Below are positions 1 to 10,319 of a stretch of DNA of 64,000 nucleotides, in pieces; positions within the stretch are counted from its first letter, which is position 1, and each line of letters starts with the position of its first letter. A program made the position numbers and the translations under genes. This stretch comes from Candidatus Bathyarchaeia archaeon (lineage in GTDB: Archaea; Thermoproteota; Bathyarchaeia; Bathyarchaeales; Bathycorpusculaceae). The notes beneath the pieces are model-generated. The model was not told the origin of the DNA and ran no database searches. It saw only the letters and a list, made by a program, of their open reading frames with translations. Where the stretch lies: the NCBI GenBank assembly GCA_050012255.1, contig JBEKHN010000012.1, forward strand, positions 1-64,000, given 5' to 3'.

Positions 1-33
1 GTCGTAGAGAGCGAGTGTGCGTGCGTGCTTGAG

Positions 34-458
34 GGGTAAAGTTTTATCCCAACCCAACCCCAACAGCCCATTGAGGCATAAACATGCTCTAAAACCTTCC
101 CCTTTTACACCTTTCATGCTATACGCCCTAATAACGTCCGGTCTACTTATGGAAGATTCAACGTTCTTTCTGGAAGAAATAGCCATAATTGCCAATAGCA
201 GCACAAAGCAGTCCGTCCTTGGGTAACGAGCTTTAACTCAACGGTTTCTCATAAGACTTAGCTGGTGAAAGTCGAAATAATCATGGCGCCTATGATGATA
301 TCACGTCAGTATGAAGGGATTTAAGTTCGGTTCTTTTTTCCCAAGATGATCTGACATTAAATTGATTCTGAGGCGCCACAACACCACCTTCTAAAGTAGG
401 CTCACAATAAGCTTGCAGAGCAACTGAAAGAAGAGAAAAAGGGTAAAGTTTTATCCCA
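34..458. repeat. 18-bp direct repeat GGGTAAAGTTTTATCCCA at 34-51 and 441-458
   Basis: Two exact copies of an imperfect palindrome flank ~390 bp of AT-richer DNA with no convincing ORF. Confidence 0.8.
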
Positions 459-497
459 CACACATTTTTCTGGAGAGAAACCGTTCCCGAGTGCGCG

Positions 498-1085
498 CTA
501 CTGCGGTTTCTGCTCGGTTGTTTGTTTCTCTGGGTGCGCGATCAGGGCGCCGCCGAATCCGGCTCCCCACATGAGAATTGGATAAAGGATCATGCGTTCC
601 ATTCCGCCTGGCCCTAGTCCCAAATAGTTGTTGCTCGCGAAGAGAACCAACGCTCCAAGCGACATCAATCCCAGTATCACAGCTATAACAGAAAACGGCT
701 TTCTCACCAACTTGAACGAGAATATAGCTGAAAGTCCGCCGAACAGAAAAGCGATCAACGATACAATAGGGTGAATTGCACCACTGTTTTCTGTGAAAAC
801 GCCGACGCCCATGGCTCCGACGGCCGCCAGGACCAGCAGCACGGTTAAAGCCTTGAAGTTGAAGGCGCGTTGAAGAAAGTATGTTCCGACGATCAATAAT
901 AGCCCCATGAGGAAGACGGATGAGTTGAAGATCATCGAGGAAGGCCCGACTCCGAGGTCGCTTATGTAGCGATCAGATACGCTGTAGCCTGAAAACAAGG
1001 CTTCCGCAACGATTAGACCTAGGACGAACTGAGAAGCTGCGATGAAAAAGAGCGTCCCCGCCACTTTTTCACTGGAATATGCCAT
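498..1085 (-). CDS. DUF998-like multi-pass membrane protein
   Basis: YS...ISDLG motif, ~5 hydrophobic helices, GGMER motif near the C-terminus. Confidence 0.8.
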   Translation of the reverse strand: MAYSSEKVAGTLFFIAASQFVLGLIVAEALFSGYSVSDRYISDLGVGPSSMIFNSSVFLMGLLLIVGTYFLQRAFNFKALTVLLVLAAVGAMGVGVFTENSGAIHPIVSLIAFLFGGLSAIFSFKLVRKPFSVIAVILGLMSLGALVLFASNNYLGLGPGGMERMILYPILMWGAGFGGALIAHPEKQTTEQKPQ

Positions 1086-1200
1086 ACTGTTTTGTATTGC
1101 CTCTGAAACGGATAAGATTTGCGTCTCAAGTGAATATTAGCCCGCGGTAGCGTAGCGCGCGCATCTGTGAGAGAGTGGGCGAGTCAATTGCGTACGTCTT

Positions 1201-1587
1201 CTACTTGAGATGTCCGAGCGAATAGCAGAGCAGATCTGCGGCGATTCGCTCTCTTTTCTTGCACACCGCCTGTAGTTCATTAAGCTTGTCTAATCTCGAT
1301 AGCTGACCATCGCACTCACGTTCAAATTCCTCGTAACTTTTCCAAGCCTTTTTGCTGGCAAGAATCTGCGAATCCGTCAGTTGATTGAGGCTTTCAATTG
1401 CAGAGTCCAATTTATCCAAGTCTCCAGGTTGCTTTTTCTCTCCAACTCTTTCTTCAAGTTTGGTGATATGATCTTTCAACGTTCTCAGAGTCTCCAGCAG
1501 TTTTCTGTCATCTTCTTCAAAATCCCGAATTGCCTTCTCTACGCGTTGAATAAAAGTGCCACCTGTTGCTATCTTCATTTTCCTCAC
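1201..1587 (-). CDS. Hypothetical coiled-coil protein
   Basis: 128 aa, charged helical composition. Confidence 0.6.
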   Translation of the reverse strand: MRKMKIATGGTFIQRVEKAIRDFEEDDRKLLETLRTLKDHITKLEERVGEKKQPGDLDKLDSAIESLNQLTDSQILASKKAWKSYEEFERECDGQLSRLDKLNELQAVCKKRERIAADLLCYSLGHLK

Positions 1588-1688
1588 GTTTCGTCAACAT
1601 GATTAGAAGGTATTTCAAGCTAACCGTTTCGATTCAAGAAAGTCTTATTAGAAAAGGCCCAGCACGTTACGCTGGGTCGCCGCAAACA

Positions 1689-2390
1689 ATGATGAAGATT
1701 CTCTCTTCTACCGTAGAATTCTCAGGCGGAAACGTGACGCAAAAGACTAAGGGGTTTTTGGCCAGACCAGACGACGACGAGAAACATGCCGCTGTCATAG
1801 TCATCCATGAGATATGGGGGCTAGTAGAGCACATCAAAGAAGTTTCTAGAAGATTCACAAAAGAAGGTTTTGTATCTCTCTCAGTTGACCTCTTTGACGA
1901 AAAAACCGTTTCGAAGATAGAAGAAGGTCGCACTTTGCGAGAAGAATTTCGTGAAGAGAAGATTCTCAAAGATCTCAGAGGCGGATTCAACTATCTCCAA
2001 TCTCTGGATTGCGTGAATCAAAAGTGCATAGGCAGCATTGGGTTCTGCATGGGCGGGGGACTGTCGCTTCTCTTCGCATGTCATAACAAGAACCTCGCGG
2101 CAGCCGTCGTATTCTACGGTAGAAACCCTTCACCTATCGACCTGGTGAAGAGTGTTCAATGCCCGATCCTCTGCAATTATGCCGGCGCAGACATGGCGAT
2201 CACAGAATCAGACATCAACCTTCTGAAACAGACACTGACGAGATACGGAAAAACGTTCGACGTGAAAATCTATCCTGAAGCTCCTCACGGTTTCTTCAAC
2301 GATACCCGAGAGAGTTACAGACCTGAAGCTGCAAAGGATGCATGGGAGAGAACACTCAACTTCTACTCGAAGTATCTGAAGCCTGCTTAA
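1689..2390 (+). CDS. Dienelactone hydrolase family protein
   Basis: HEIWG, GFCMGG nucleophile elbow and HGF motifs. The start at ATG 1689 is inferred. Confidence 0.92.
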   Translation: MMKILSSTVEFSGGNVTQKTKGFLARPDDDEKHAAVIVIHEIWGLVEHIKEVSRRFTKEGFVSLSVDLFDEKTVSKIEEGRTLREEFREEKILKDLRGGFNYLQSLDCVNQKCIGSIGFCMGGGLSLLFACHNKNLAAAVVFYGRNPSPIDLVKSVQCPILCNYAGADMAITESDINLLKQTLTRYGKTFDVKIYPEAPHGFFNDTRESYRPEAAKDAWERTLNFYSKYLKPA

Positions 2391-2499
2391 CATTCAGAGA
2401 TGAATCCTCGGCTCCGCTTGAAGTATGCTCCGGATCTTTTCGGTTTTCTGAAAAAGACCTAAGAATGCCCCTTGATCTCTGCCTTCGAGGTACAATCTG

Positions 2500-2690
2500 T
2501 TGGGTTCGCAGGTTGCTGTTGTCAAGGGTGAGAGAAGCGATGAATCCGTTTTGAAAGCCTTGGAAATGAAAGATCACAAGCCTGCTCTGTCGGGCTGGGA
2601 AACGGTTCTTATCAAGGTCAACTTCATCACGGTGAAAACTTCACGCACGACAACAGACCCAATCGTGGTTGAAGCTATCATTAGGAAGCT
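2500..2690 (+). pseudogene. N-terminal fragment of a DUF362 (Fe-S/flavoprotein-like) protein
   Basis: SQVAVVK...VLIKVNF...TTDPIVVEAII motifs. Similarity appears to end at TAGCGCGCGC (2690). Confidence 0.65.
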
Positions 2691-2803
2691 AGCGCGCGCT
2701 TCGCCCATGCCTCAAAAACACTATGAGAATGATAATCACCACAAATAACTTAACAGTATCTAAAAGCCCCCGTAACCGTGCACCCGCTCTCAGAAGCCAA
2801 ATC

Positions 2804-2919
2804 CTTGAACCGGCCGCACAGCTCCGCATCCAACCTGAACATACTCAGCGTTTTCAACAATGCTCGCCAACTGTATATGCAAAATGTATATGCAAAACGT
2901 ATAAGCTCTTTTGGCGCGC
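2804..2919 (+). repeat. Dispersed repeat family A, copy 1 (~115 bp) with internal tandem TGTATATGCAAAA units
   Basis: Aligns with the reverse complement of 11219-11334. Confidence 0.9.
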
Positions 2920-3520
2920 TTGCCACAGGGGCCACGGCGTGTAGGATTAGGGGGTTCGACGCCCGCGAAGTTGCTCACATTCGAATGGCTAGGAAAAAGG
3001 ATTCGGCAAAATTGACAACATTGAAATTATGGGTTAGACACTGAACAACGTCACGCAGACGTTCAAGAGAGCTTCCCAGTTCCATTGAACTGAAGCATTC
3101 CCTATTCTCATAAGACTCTCTTTAAAGAATATTGCAGTTTTTCGGGTTTGCGCATTAGTCATGACGATCAAGCAGGTTTGATCGTTCATGCGCGCTTTTC
3201 ATCACAGTAGCATCGCCAGTCTGCTGCTTCGGTTCCTCGGTGCCTAATGGAAGAAGTCAAAGACGCGTGCGGACTGTGAGGGTGGCGACGTGAAACATGA
3301 TTGTTTCTCCCATCTCCCCCTTTCGAGGTGAGCATGGTGCCGCCAACGAGATGAAGAGTCCGCACGCGCCACTTAAACCATAGACAACACTGAAAATACG
3401 CTTTCTGGAACAAGCCTATAGAGGAATCTTCTAGAAGCCTCTCTCTTCTGTCATGCTTCAACCGCAGTTTGCCCTGCACTTGAGTTAGATCAAGAGATTA
3501 CCATGCAGGCTTCTGAGCGT

Positions 3521-3994
3521 TTAACCTTCTGGTTCCGGAGGGGCTATCGGCATTCTCGATGCCCCCTTGTGCGTACATGTTGGAATGTATGCGTATGGAG
3601 CGTCGGCGCCAAGATAGATGCGTCCGTCAGGAAGAGGTGTAGCATTCGCAGGGTCTTTGTCTTGGCTGCTTCCCCCCGGGTTTGGGGAAGATGCATCTGA
3701 GGCTGCAGCTGATTGGTTAATGGTCAGCCGGCTTTCAGGTTCCGCATCGCTGGGCTGGTTGTCTGCAACATTCGGCTTCGGTCCCTGAGATGAATCCGTT
3801 GCTTTCACGTCGCGCGTTTCAGGTTTCGAAGCATTAGGTTGTGTGGCTTCTGAGTTGGTGGATGGCCATTTGTTGCCACCTGAAGGTTCAGTTGTGTTGG
3901 AGGGCCATGCTCTATCTAGATTCGGCGATGTTGAAACCACAACAAAAAGTAAGAATAATGCTGGCATCAACACCGCAAAGATCTTTTTCAACAA
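3521..3994 (-). CDS. Secreted or membrane-anchored Ser/Pro/Asn-rich hypothetical protein
   Basis: Signal-peptide-like N-terminus (MLKKIFAVLMPALFLLFVVV) followed by a low-complexity region. Confidence 0.6.
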   Translation of the reverse strand: MLKKIFAVLMPALFLLFVVVSTSPNLDRAWPSNTTEPSGGNKWPSTNSEATQPNASKPETRDVKATDSSQGPKPNVADNQPSDAEPESRLTINQSAAASDASSPNPGGSSQDKDPANATPLPDGRIYLGADAPYAYIPTCTHKGASRMPIAPPEPEG

Positions 3995-4181
3995 TTCCTA
4001 GTTTCTCCGCAGCCTTGACGACTGTTTTTGCTCGACATAGCCTACGTTCACGCGAGTATTTCTCCTTTTCTGTAAACAGCGGCAACCGACCACACGTTCA
4101 AATCGTATAGAAGAGGGTTCCACAAAACTCAAATGCGCAGTATTACAATATAGCTATGCTCAAATTATAGGAGAGAGGAAA

Positions 4182-6266
4182 ATGGAAAAAACGAAAATAA
4201 TTGCGTTACTGATAGCAGTTCTATTGGTTTCAAGCACATTTGCTATGCTTGTTACAACAGTTCAATCATCGCAGCCTCCGTTTGTTGAACCAAATTATGT
4301 CGCGGTCAAAGACACTCCAAAGATGGCAATGAGTCCCGTTGTAATAGAGGACCCAATTGTGCCAGATCCCACACCATACTACAACATTGGCGATGTCGCG
4401 ACTTGGATCTACGCCAACACCTATTACGGTGGCTACTACACCAGGGTCTTCCGACTGGTTGACATCACCGCCGATGCGGAACTTTGGATATCCAACACCG
4501 GCTTTGGTTGGCCCGCCGGGGATCCCAGAGCAACCCCAACAATACTGCCCAATGAAACACAATTCCTGATAAATGAGTTTGAGAACCACATTTACCCAAT
4601 TGACCTCAACGATTTTGGTACCCCACTGGTTCGCGATGGCAGCGGTGCAGGCTTTGGTCCTGCAGGCTACTTCAACGGAAGCACGCGCGTGGTGATACTG
4701 GTCATGAACATTCGGGACGAAAACTACTACGTTCCGACCTACCCGTACTATGTTGCTGGCTACTTTGATCCCGGCATCACATATTACACGGGTAGAAACG
4801 TCGTTACCATCGATTCCTACGCATGGGAAAGACGACTAGGACCTCTGAACAGTCAATGGAATACGTATCCGAATGGAACTCAGATATACGTTAATCGTCC
4901 GTATGTCTATGACAGCACGCTTGCGCACGAGTTCCAACACTTGATACACGCTGACTGGAACCCCAGTGATCCCGCTTTCATGAATGAAGGCTGCAGCATG
5001 TACGCAGAATATGTCAACGGCTTTGGAATCGATCCATCCTACATAAACAGCTACTTCTACACTCCATCCAATTCCCTCACGGATTGGGGTGACCAAGGAG
5101 ACATAAACATACTTGCGGACTACGGAGAATCAGCACTGTGGACACTCTACTTATCAGACCACTTCGGCGGATCAAACTTCATAAAACACTTTGTCCAAGC
5201 TGGAATACCAGGCATAGACGGAGTCAATGCGGCGCTAGCCTTTTTCGGATACAAGAAAACGACCTTTGACACTGTGTTCCACGACTGGAGAATCGCAAAC
5301 ATCGTCCACGCAGACCACCCCGGCGAAGGCAGATACAACTACACGAGCATAGACCTCACTGACCCCAGCATTATCCCGATAAACGTGTTCCCAGAATCTG
5401 GAGTACCAGTTCCGCAGACTGACGCTACCACAGCCTTCAGACCCCCACCCAACGGCACAATTACAATCTTAGGCCTCCCCACTGGCTCAACTAGGTTGGG
5501 GCCGTACAGCTCAGACTACATCAAGTTCACAGACTGGAAGAAGCCAGGCTTCATTTACTTCAACGGAGATGACACAGCTATATACGGATGGACTTACGAC
5601 GCAACTTCTGGCTTATGGTGGTCAGGCTATGGCAACCTTTTGGACACAAAGCTTTTGGGTCAAGCGTATGTGGACCCAAGCAATCCGACGCTCACACTGG
5701 TCACAGCATATGGCATAGAGACGCAGTGGGACTTTGGATTCGTGCAGGTATCCACTAACAACGGACAGACTTGGACTTCGCTCTCAAACGCTTATACGAC
5801 TTCCACCTATCAAACAGACGTCCCTGCAATACAGAATAACATGCCAGGATTGACTGGCTACAGCCCAGGCTTTCCAAGTTGGACTACTATGACCTTCGAT
5901 CTTAGCTCATACTCTGGAATGAACGTGATGATAAGCTTCCGCTACATGACTGACGAATTCGTCAACTATGAAGGCTGGTTCATACAAAGTGCAAGCGTGA
6001 GCGGAACGGCATTGACGCTGGCCCCCGTTTATCCAAAGGCGACCTTCCAGGTAACTTTACTCTACGCTGTAGTCGTCTGCGGAAAGACACTATACGTGCC
6101 ACTAGACATGTGGCTCACGAAGGACACAAACAAAGGCATGACCGTCGCATTTCCGTTCAAAGCATCCTACGTGGTCATGATTGTGAGCCCAAACATGCCC
6201 CACGGCACAGTAGACTACACGTTCCAAGCAACTACAAAACCCATCTTCAAATTCTGCGACCCGTAG
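4182..6266 (+). CDS. Secreted zinc metallopeptidase (M30/immune inhibitor A-like)
   Basis: Signal peptide, AHEFQHLIH zincin motif followed by NEG, and a C-terminal InhA-like beta domain (WDFGFVQVS...FRYMTD...EGWFI). Confidence 0.85.
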   Translation: MEKTKIIALLIAVLLVSSTFAMLVTTVQSSQPPFVEPNYVAVKDTPKMAMSPVVIEDPIVPDPTPYYNIGDVATWIYANTYYGGYYTRVFRLVDITADAELWISNTGFGWPAGDPRATPTILPNETQFLINEFENHIYPIDLNDFGTPLVRDGSGAGFGPAGYFNGSTRVVILVMNIRDENYYVPTYPYYVAGYFDPGITYYTGRNVVTIDSYAWERRLGPLNSQWNTYPNGTQIYVNRPYVYDSTLAHEFQHLIHADWNPSDPAFMNEGCSMYAEYVNGFGIDPSYINSYFYTPSNSLTDWGDQGDINILADYGESALWTLYLSDHFGGSNFIKHFVQAGIPGIDGVNAALAFFGYKKTTFDTVFHDWRIANIVHADHPGEGRYNYTSIDLTDPSIIPINVFPESGVPVPQTDATTAFRPPPNGTITILGLPTGSTRLGPYSSDYIKFTDWKKPGFIYFNGDDTAIYGWTYDATSGLWWSGYGNLLDTKLLGQAYVDPSNPTLTLVTAYGIETQWDFGFVQVSTNNGQTWTSLSNAYTTSTYQTDVPAIQNNMPGLTGYSPGFPSWTTMTFDLSSYSGMNVMISFRYMTDEFVNYEGWFIQSASVSGTALTLAPVYPKATFQVTLLYAVVVCGKTLYVPLDMWLTKDTNKGMTVAFPFKASYVVMIVSPNMPHGTVDYTFQATTKPIFKFCDP

Positions 6267-6516
6267 ACCAACAGTGCAAAACAAACCGCAACAGTTCCCC
6301 CTTTTTTCTTGTTGTACCCCCAAGAACTCGCAACGGCGAAAAACAGTTTTCTGTGGCTAGTTCAGAGGTAGAAACCGAAAGCACTTTGCTCGCCTTGGCT
6401 ATAATGCTAAGCTTCACGTGGCGAAGCACGCTCTTCTTGCCTTTTTGCAATTCAAATAGAACCTTCTTCAGTAGCGCGAATCAGGAAAACCTAAAAATAA
6501 GACCCTTTCCAAAGGT

Positions 6517-7920
6517 ATGACTAAGAGGGAGGAAGGAGAAATCAAAGGAAAAGCCTCTCGAATCATGCTTATCTTGCTTTTTCTCAGCATGTCAACGTCA
6601 GCTTCCAGTCTTCACATGGTCAAGGCGATTTCAACAATACACATCAGAGCTGACGGAAGTGTTGACCCGGTGACTGCACCAATCCAAAGAAACGGTGATG
6701 TTTTCACATTGACGGGCAACGTAGCAAGCGATACTGATGGGATTGTAATCGAAAGAAACAACACTATACTGGACGGGATGGGTTACACGCTTCAAGGCAC
6801 ATCGGCTCCCCTCTCAAACGGCGTATACTTGTCGGGAATAGGCAGCGTAACAATCAGGGGCGTGAAAGTGAAAGCATTCGACTATGGAATCTATCTCTAC
6901 AACTCCCCGAACAACAACATTTCTGAAAACGAGATAACAGACAACGAGTATGGCATCTACATCGACACATACTCAAGTAACATCAAAATCTCTGGAAACA
7001 AGATTGCAAACAACAATTATGGCATCAGCTGCGTATTGTATTCAGACGACAACCTCATCCTTGGAAATAACATAACAGAAAACAGTCTCGTAGGCGTCTG
7101 GATCGTTGGGTGTTCAAGCAACAACATCTCTGAAAACAGAATAGTGGCAAACGAACAAAACGGAATCAGACTCGAGACCTCCTCAGACAGTTCTATCTAT
7201 CACAATGACTTCATGGGCAACGCAAATCAAGTCTACACCTACGACTCAACGAGTGTCTGGGATAACGGCTATCCTTCCGGAGGCAACTACTGGAGTGACT
7301 ACGCGGGCAGTGACAACTATTTTGGCCCATATCAGAATCAGCCTGGAAAAGACGGAATAGGAGACACACCGTACAACTGCAGTGGAAACGATCAAGATAG
7401 GTACCCTCTCATGAAAGCTTGGACCAACATAGCCATTCAAACCGTCTCACCCTGCAAAACCGTCGTGGGACAAGGACAAAACGTGACCATAACGGTATCA
7501 GTGCAAAATCAGGGCTGGGATGGACAAACGACCAACATTACGGTTTACGTCAACGCAACGATCGTCTCCACGTTTGAAAACGTAATAATCGTGGGAGGAA
7601 GCCAAACGACTCTCAATTTCACATGGCAGACCGGTACCTTCTCCAGAGGAAACTATGTCATAAGCGCGCAAGCAGACCCTGCTCCGGGCGAAACTGACAC
7701 CACGGACAACACTTTTCAAAACTGGATTATCGTAACGATCAAAGGTGACATCAACGGAGACGGGACAGTTGACATCTACGACGCCATCTTATTGGCCGGA
7801 GCATTCAATTCAGTTCGCGGTAGCTCAAACTGGAATCCCAACGCAGACATCAACAGCGACGGCACAGTTGACATCTACGACGCCATAATTCTTGCAGGTA
7901 ACTTTGGCAAGAAAAGCTGA
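6517..7920 (+). CDS. Secreted NosD/right-handed beta-helix protein with CARDB and dockerin domains
   Basis: Asn-rich parallel beta-helix repeats, GGNYWSDY and D-YPLM motifs, a CARDB-like Ig fold and two GDINGDGTVDIYDA dockerin repeats. Confidence 0.9.
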   Translation: MTKREEGEIKGKASRIMLILLFLSMSTSASSLHMVKAISTIHIRADGSVDPVTAPIQRNGDVFTLTGNVASDTDGIVIERNNTILDGMGYTLQGTSAPLSNGVYLSGIGSVTIRGVKVKAFDYGIYLYNSPNNNISENEITDNEYGIYIDTYSSNIKISGNKIANNNYGISCVLYSDDNLILGNNITENSLVGVWIVGCSSNNISENRIVANEQNGIRLETSSDSSIYHNDFMGNANQVYTYDSTSVWDNGYPSGGNYWSDYAGSDNYFGPYQNQPGKDGIGDTPYNCSGNDQDRYPLMKAWTNIAIQTVSPCKTVVGQGQNVTITVSVQNQGWDGQTTNITVYVNATIVSTFENVIIVGGSQTTLNFTWQTGTFSRGNYVISAQADPAPGETDTTDNTFQNWIIVTIKGDINGDGTVDIYDAILLAGAFNSVRGSSNWNPNADINSDGTVDIYDAIILAGNFGKKS

Positions 7921-8017
7921 TGTGAATTCTGAGCAGAAGCAATGAAGATACAATGTTCTTGTCACTAGAGCGCGCTCACGTCTCTGTGAACAATCCGCAA
8001 TCCAGAGAAATCAAACA

Positions 8018-8096
8018 TGGCGGGCCCGGAGGGATTTGAACCCCCGTTCTCCGGCTCCGAAGGCCGACGCCTTGATCCAGACTGGGCTACGGGCCC
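8018..8096 (-). tRNA. tRNA-Arg(TCG), CCA encoded
   Basis: Reverse complement GGGCCCGTAGCCCAG...CGGC-CT-TCG-GA-GCCG...GGTTCAAATCCC...GGGCCCGCCA folds as a cloverleaf. Confidence 0.95.
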
Positions 8097-8201
8097 AGAC
8101 ATGAATAAGCCTTGAAGCAATTAAAAGTGTTATGTGAATGCACAGTCTAGATCTCTATACTGGGTGACGATTAGAATAACAAGTTTGGAGGACGACAATC
8201 T

Positions 8202-8993
8202 TTGAGAAAGATAGAGCTATCAACGTGGGAAAGCCTTCCCCTGAAGGCGGACAGTCTGAGAAGAAGCCTCGAAATCATATACGGAGTGAAGCTCGAAACC
8301 GATTCTTCGGAGATTCAACTCGACCGACTCTATCCAACCGAAGATTTCCTTGAGAACGACAAAATAGCCCTCGTGTTTATGAAAATCGTTAACGAAAGTT
8401 ATGACGTGCCAATAATAGCGGTCGAGCGTGGGGAAGATTACTTCGTTCTGGACGGCCACCACCGTTCCTTCATTTCAAAGAAACTCGAGAAGAAAACTAT
8501 CATGGCTAAAGTTCTAAAGTTCCCTAAGGACACAGGCTATCGAGACGTCCCAAAGTCTTCCCTCGAAGACCTTCCAATCAAGGAAGTAGCCGCCATTGAC
8601 GATCTAATTGTGAAAGCGTGGGGACGCATACTTAACATCTTGAAACAGTATGAAGTCTTGTACCACATGCATTTCCACATGAAGGAAGAACAAGTCCATT
8701 TGAAAGACCTGTCCCCCACTCAACCTGAAGTGTTGAAGGAGCAGATCGACGGAATAAACAGGCTACTGGTCCCCGTAGCCTGCATAGAGTACGACAAAAG
8801 ATACTACGTGCTGGATGGCCACGCAAGATGCTTACGAGCCAAACAACTCGGCCTGAAATCAATACAAGCCATAGTCCTGTTGCCACAAGTACACGTAGAT
8901 TTCGGAATAGTCAAAACCGCCAAAGAAATGAAACTCGAAAGCCTTGAAGACATCACCATAACAAAGCGAACCGGTACTGATACTTTGCAGTGA
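8202..8993 (+). CDS. Protein with two tandem ParB/Sulfiredoxin-like domains
   Basis: Two repeats, LYPTE...YFVLDGHHR and LSPTQ...YYVLDGHAR. Confidence 0.8.
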   Translation: MRKIELSTWESLPLKADSLRRSLEIIYGVKLETDSSEIQLDRLYPTEDFLENDKIALVFMKIVNESYDVPIIAVERGEDYFVLDGHHRSFISKKLEKKTIMAKVLKFPKDTGYRDVPKSSLEDLPIKEVAAIDDLIVKAWGRILNILKQYEVLYHMHFHMKEEQVHLKDLSPTQPEVLKEQIDGINRLLVPVACIEYDKRYYVLDGHARCLRAKQLGLKSIQAIVLLPQVHVDFGIVKTAKEMKLESLEDITITKRTGTDTLQ

Positions 8994-9068
8994 TGTAGCC
9001 TTCGCATGCCTGGCAACTCGAAAACCCTTAAAAATAGTCAATAACCTATACTAGATGTCCCAACTCAT

Positions 9069-9192
9069 GGGCCGGTAGCTCAGCTTGGCTGGAGCGTTCG
9101 GCTGATAAAGAAGTTGAAGGAGATTCCACTGAAAATCTCCCCTAACTTCTGCAGATACCGAAAGGTCGCCGGTTCGAATCCGGCCCGGCCCA
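9069..9192 (+). tRNA. tRNA-Ile(GAT) with a 49-nt intron at canonical position 37/38 (9108-9156)
   Basis: GGGCCGG/CCGGCCC acceptor stem, TTCGG-CT-GAT-A|intron|A-CCGAA anticodon arm, GTTCGAATC T-loop and intron stem AGAAGTT/AACTTCT. Confidence 0.93.
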
Positions 9193-9246
9193 CTGAACCC
9201 AAAAATCTTATTAGCGTATTGAAAAGAAATCATGTAAGGTGATGTT

Positions 9247-9678
9247 TTGCCTAAAGATGACGAAATGCTAGACGAACTCAAGAAGATCAGAACACTGTTG
9301 GAACCGAAGCCTGCTCCTGCTGCACCAGCGCCAAAAGGCCTGTGGGCCGAGTTCATGGACTTCATATCGAAATACAAGGTTATGGGGCTTGCTGTCGCAT
9401 TCATTATCGGCGTCTACTTAGGTGCAGTAGTGTTGGCATTGGTCAAAGACTTGATAATGCCAATAATAGGTCTTGCAATACCTGGACTTGGAAATCTAGC
9501 GACTTTCAAGATTCCAATTCCCTCGGCAACATTGGATCCCCAAGGAAACCCGCCGCCTGGTTACGGAGGGCAAATATTCGGAATAGGAGACTTCCTTGTA
9601 GCGGTGATAACCTTCATCATCGTGGCGTTAGTGATCTTCCTACTCGTTAAGGTCACGAAGAGATGGGGTTTAGAGTAG
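9247..9678 (+). CDS. mscL: Large-conductance mechanosensitive channel
   Basis: EFMDFI...VMGLAVAFIIG...LVKDLIMPII...GDFL..ITFIIVA motifs. Confidence 0.9.
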   Translation: MPKDDEMLDELKKIRTLLEPKPAPAAPAPKGLWAEFMDFISKYKVMGLAVAFIIGVYLGAVVLALVKDLIMPIIGLAIPGLGNLATFKIPIPSATLDPQGNPPPGYGGQIFGIGDFLVAVITFIIVALVIFLLVKVTKRWGLE

Positions 9679-9814
9679 CAGAAGAAGAGAACCGACGAAC
9701 ACCTCAAGGTTCCACGGAAGCCTTCAATGAAAAACATCCCCAGTTTTTCTGTGTGAACGGAAGACGAAAAGCTGAAATCCTGACAGAACACATAACTTGT
9801 GTTCGGTGGACTAG

Positions 9815-10105
9815 ATGCCACAGTACATTCTGCTTTCAAACTTGACGGACGAAGGATGGAAAACCGTCAAAGAAAAACCTGCAAGAATCAAAGAAGTCAA
9901 CAAAGAACTTGAAGCGTTCGGCGTTCGAGTCATCAGTCAGTACGCTGTTCTCGGGCCCTACGATTTCGCAACCATCGTCGAAGCTCCAGACAACAAGACT
10001 ATCGGCAAAGTTTCTATCGAACTCGGGTCGAGAGGGACAGTCAAAATCATGAGCATGGCTGCCGTACCCATAGAAGAATTCATAGCTTCAATGAAAAAAC
10101 GATGA
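9815..10105 (+). CDS. GYD domain protein
   Basis: MPQYILL..LTDEG...QYAVLGPYD motif. Confidence 0.85.
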   Translation: MPQYILLSNLTDEGWKTVKEKPARIKEVNKELEAFGVRVISQYAVLGPYDFATIVEAPDNKTIGKVSIELGSRGTVKIMSMAAVPIEEFIASMKKR

Positions 10106-10319
10106 AAACCTCGGTCTCCCCCTTTTTCCATTTCAGTTTGATTCCCAATTCTCGTCACTTTCTAACAAGTTGTCAAATTCTCGAAGGGCTGATTCTTCAC
10201 TTCAAAAAGAGCCCTTTGATTAGCATCGCAAACCATTAGGCAACCACAGAAATGCCCCAGGACAGCCAGCGAACAATATAAACGAATCCTTGGCATCTGG
10301 AAAAGCAGAGGATTTCAAA

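Noticed and set aside
2945-2970. GGGTTCGACGCCC resembling a tRNA T-arm
   Set aside because: No acceptor, D or anticodon stems can be folded around it.
7744-7910. DNA repeat inside the beta-helix gene as a diversity-generating retroelement TR/VR pair
   Set aside because: It is explained by the duplicated dockerin motif, and there is no reverse transcriptase in the window.
8018-9192. tRNA genes as the integration target of the integrase
   Set aside because: I found no duplicated tRNA 3' ends near the element or elsewhere in the window.
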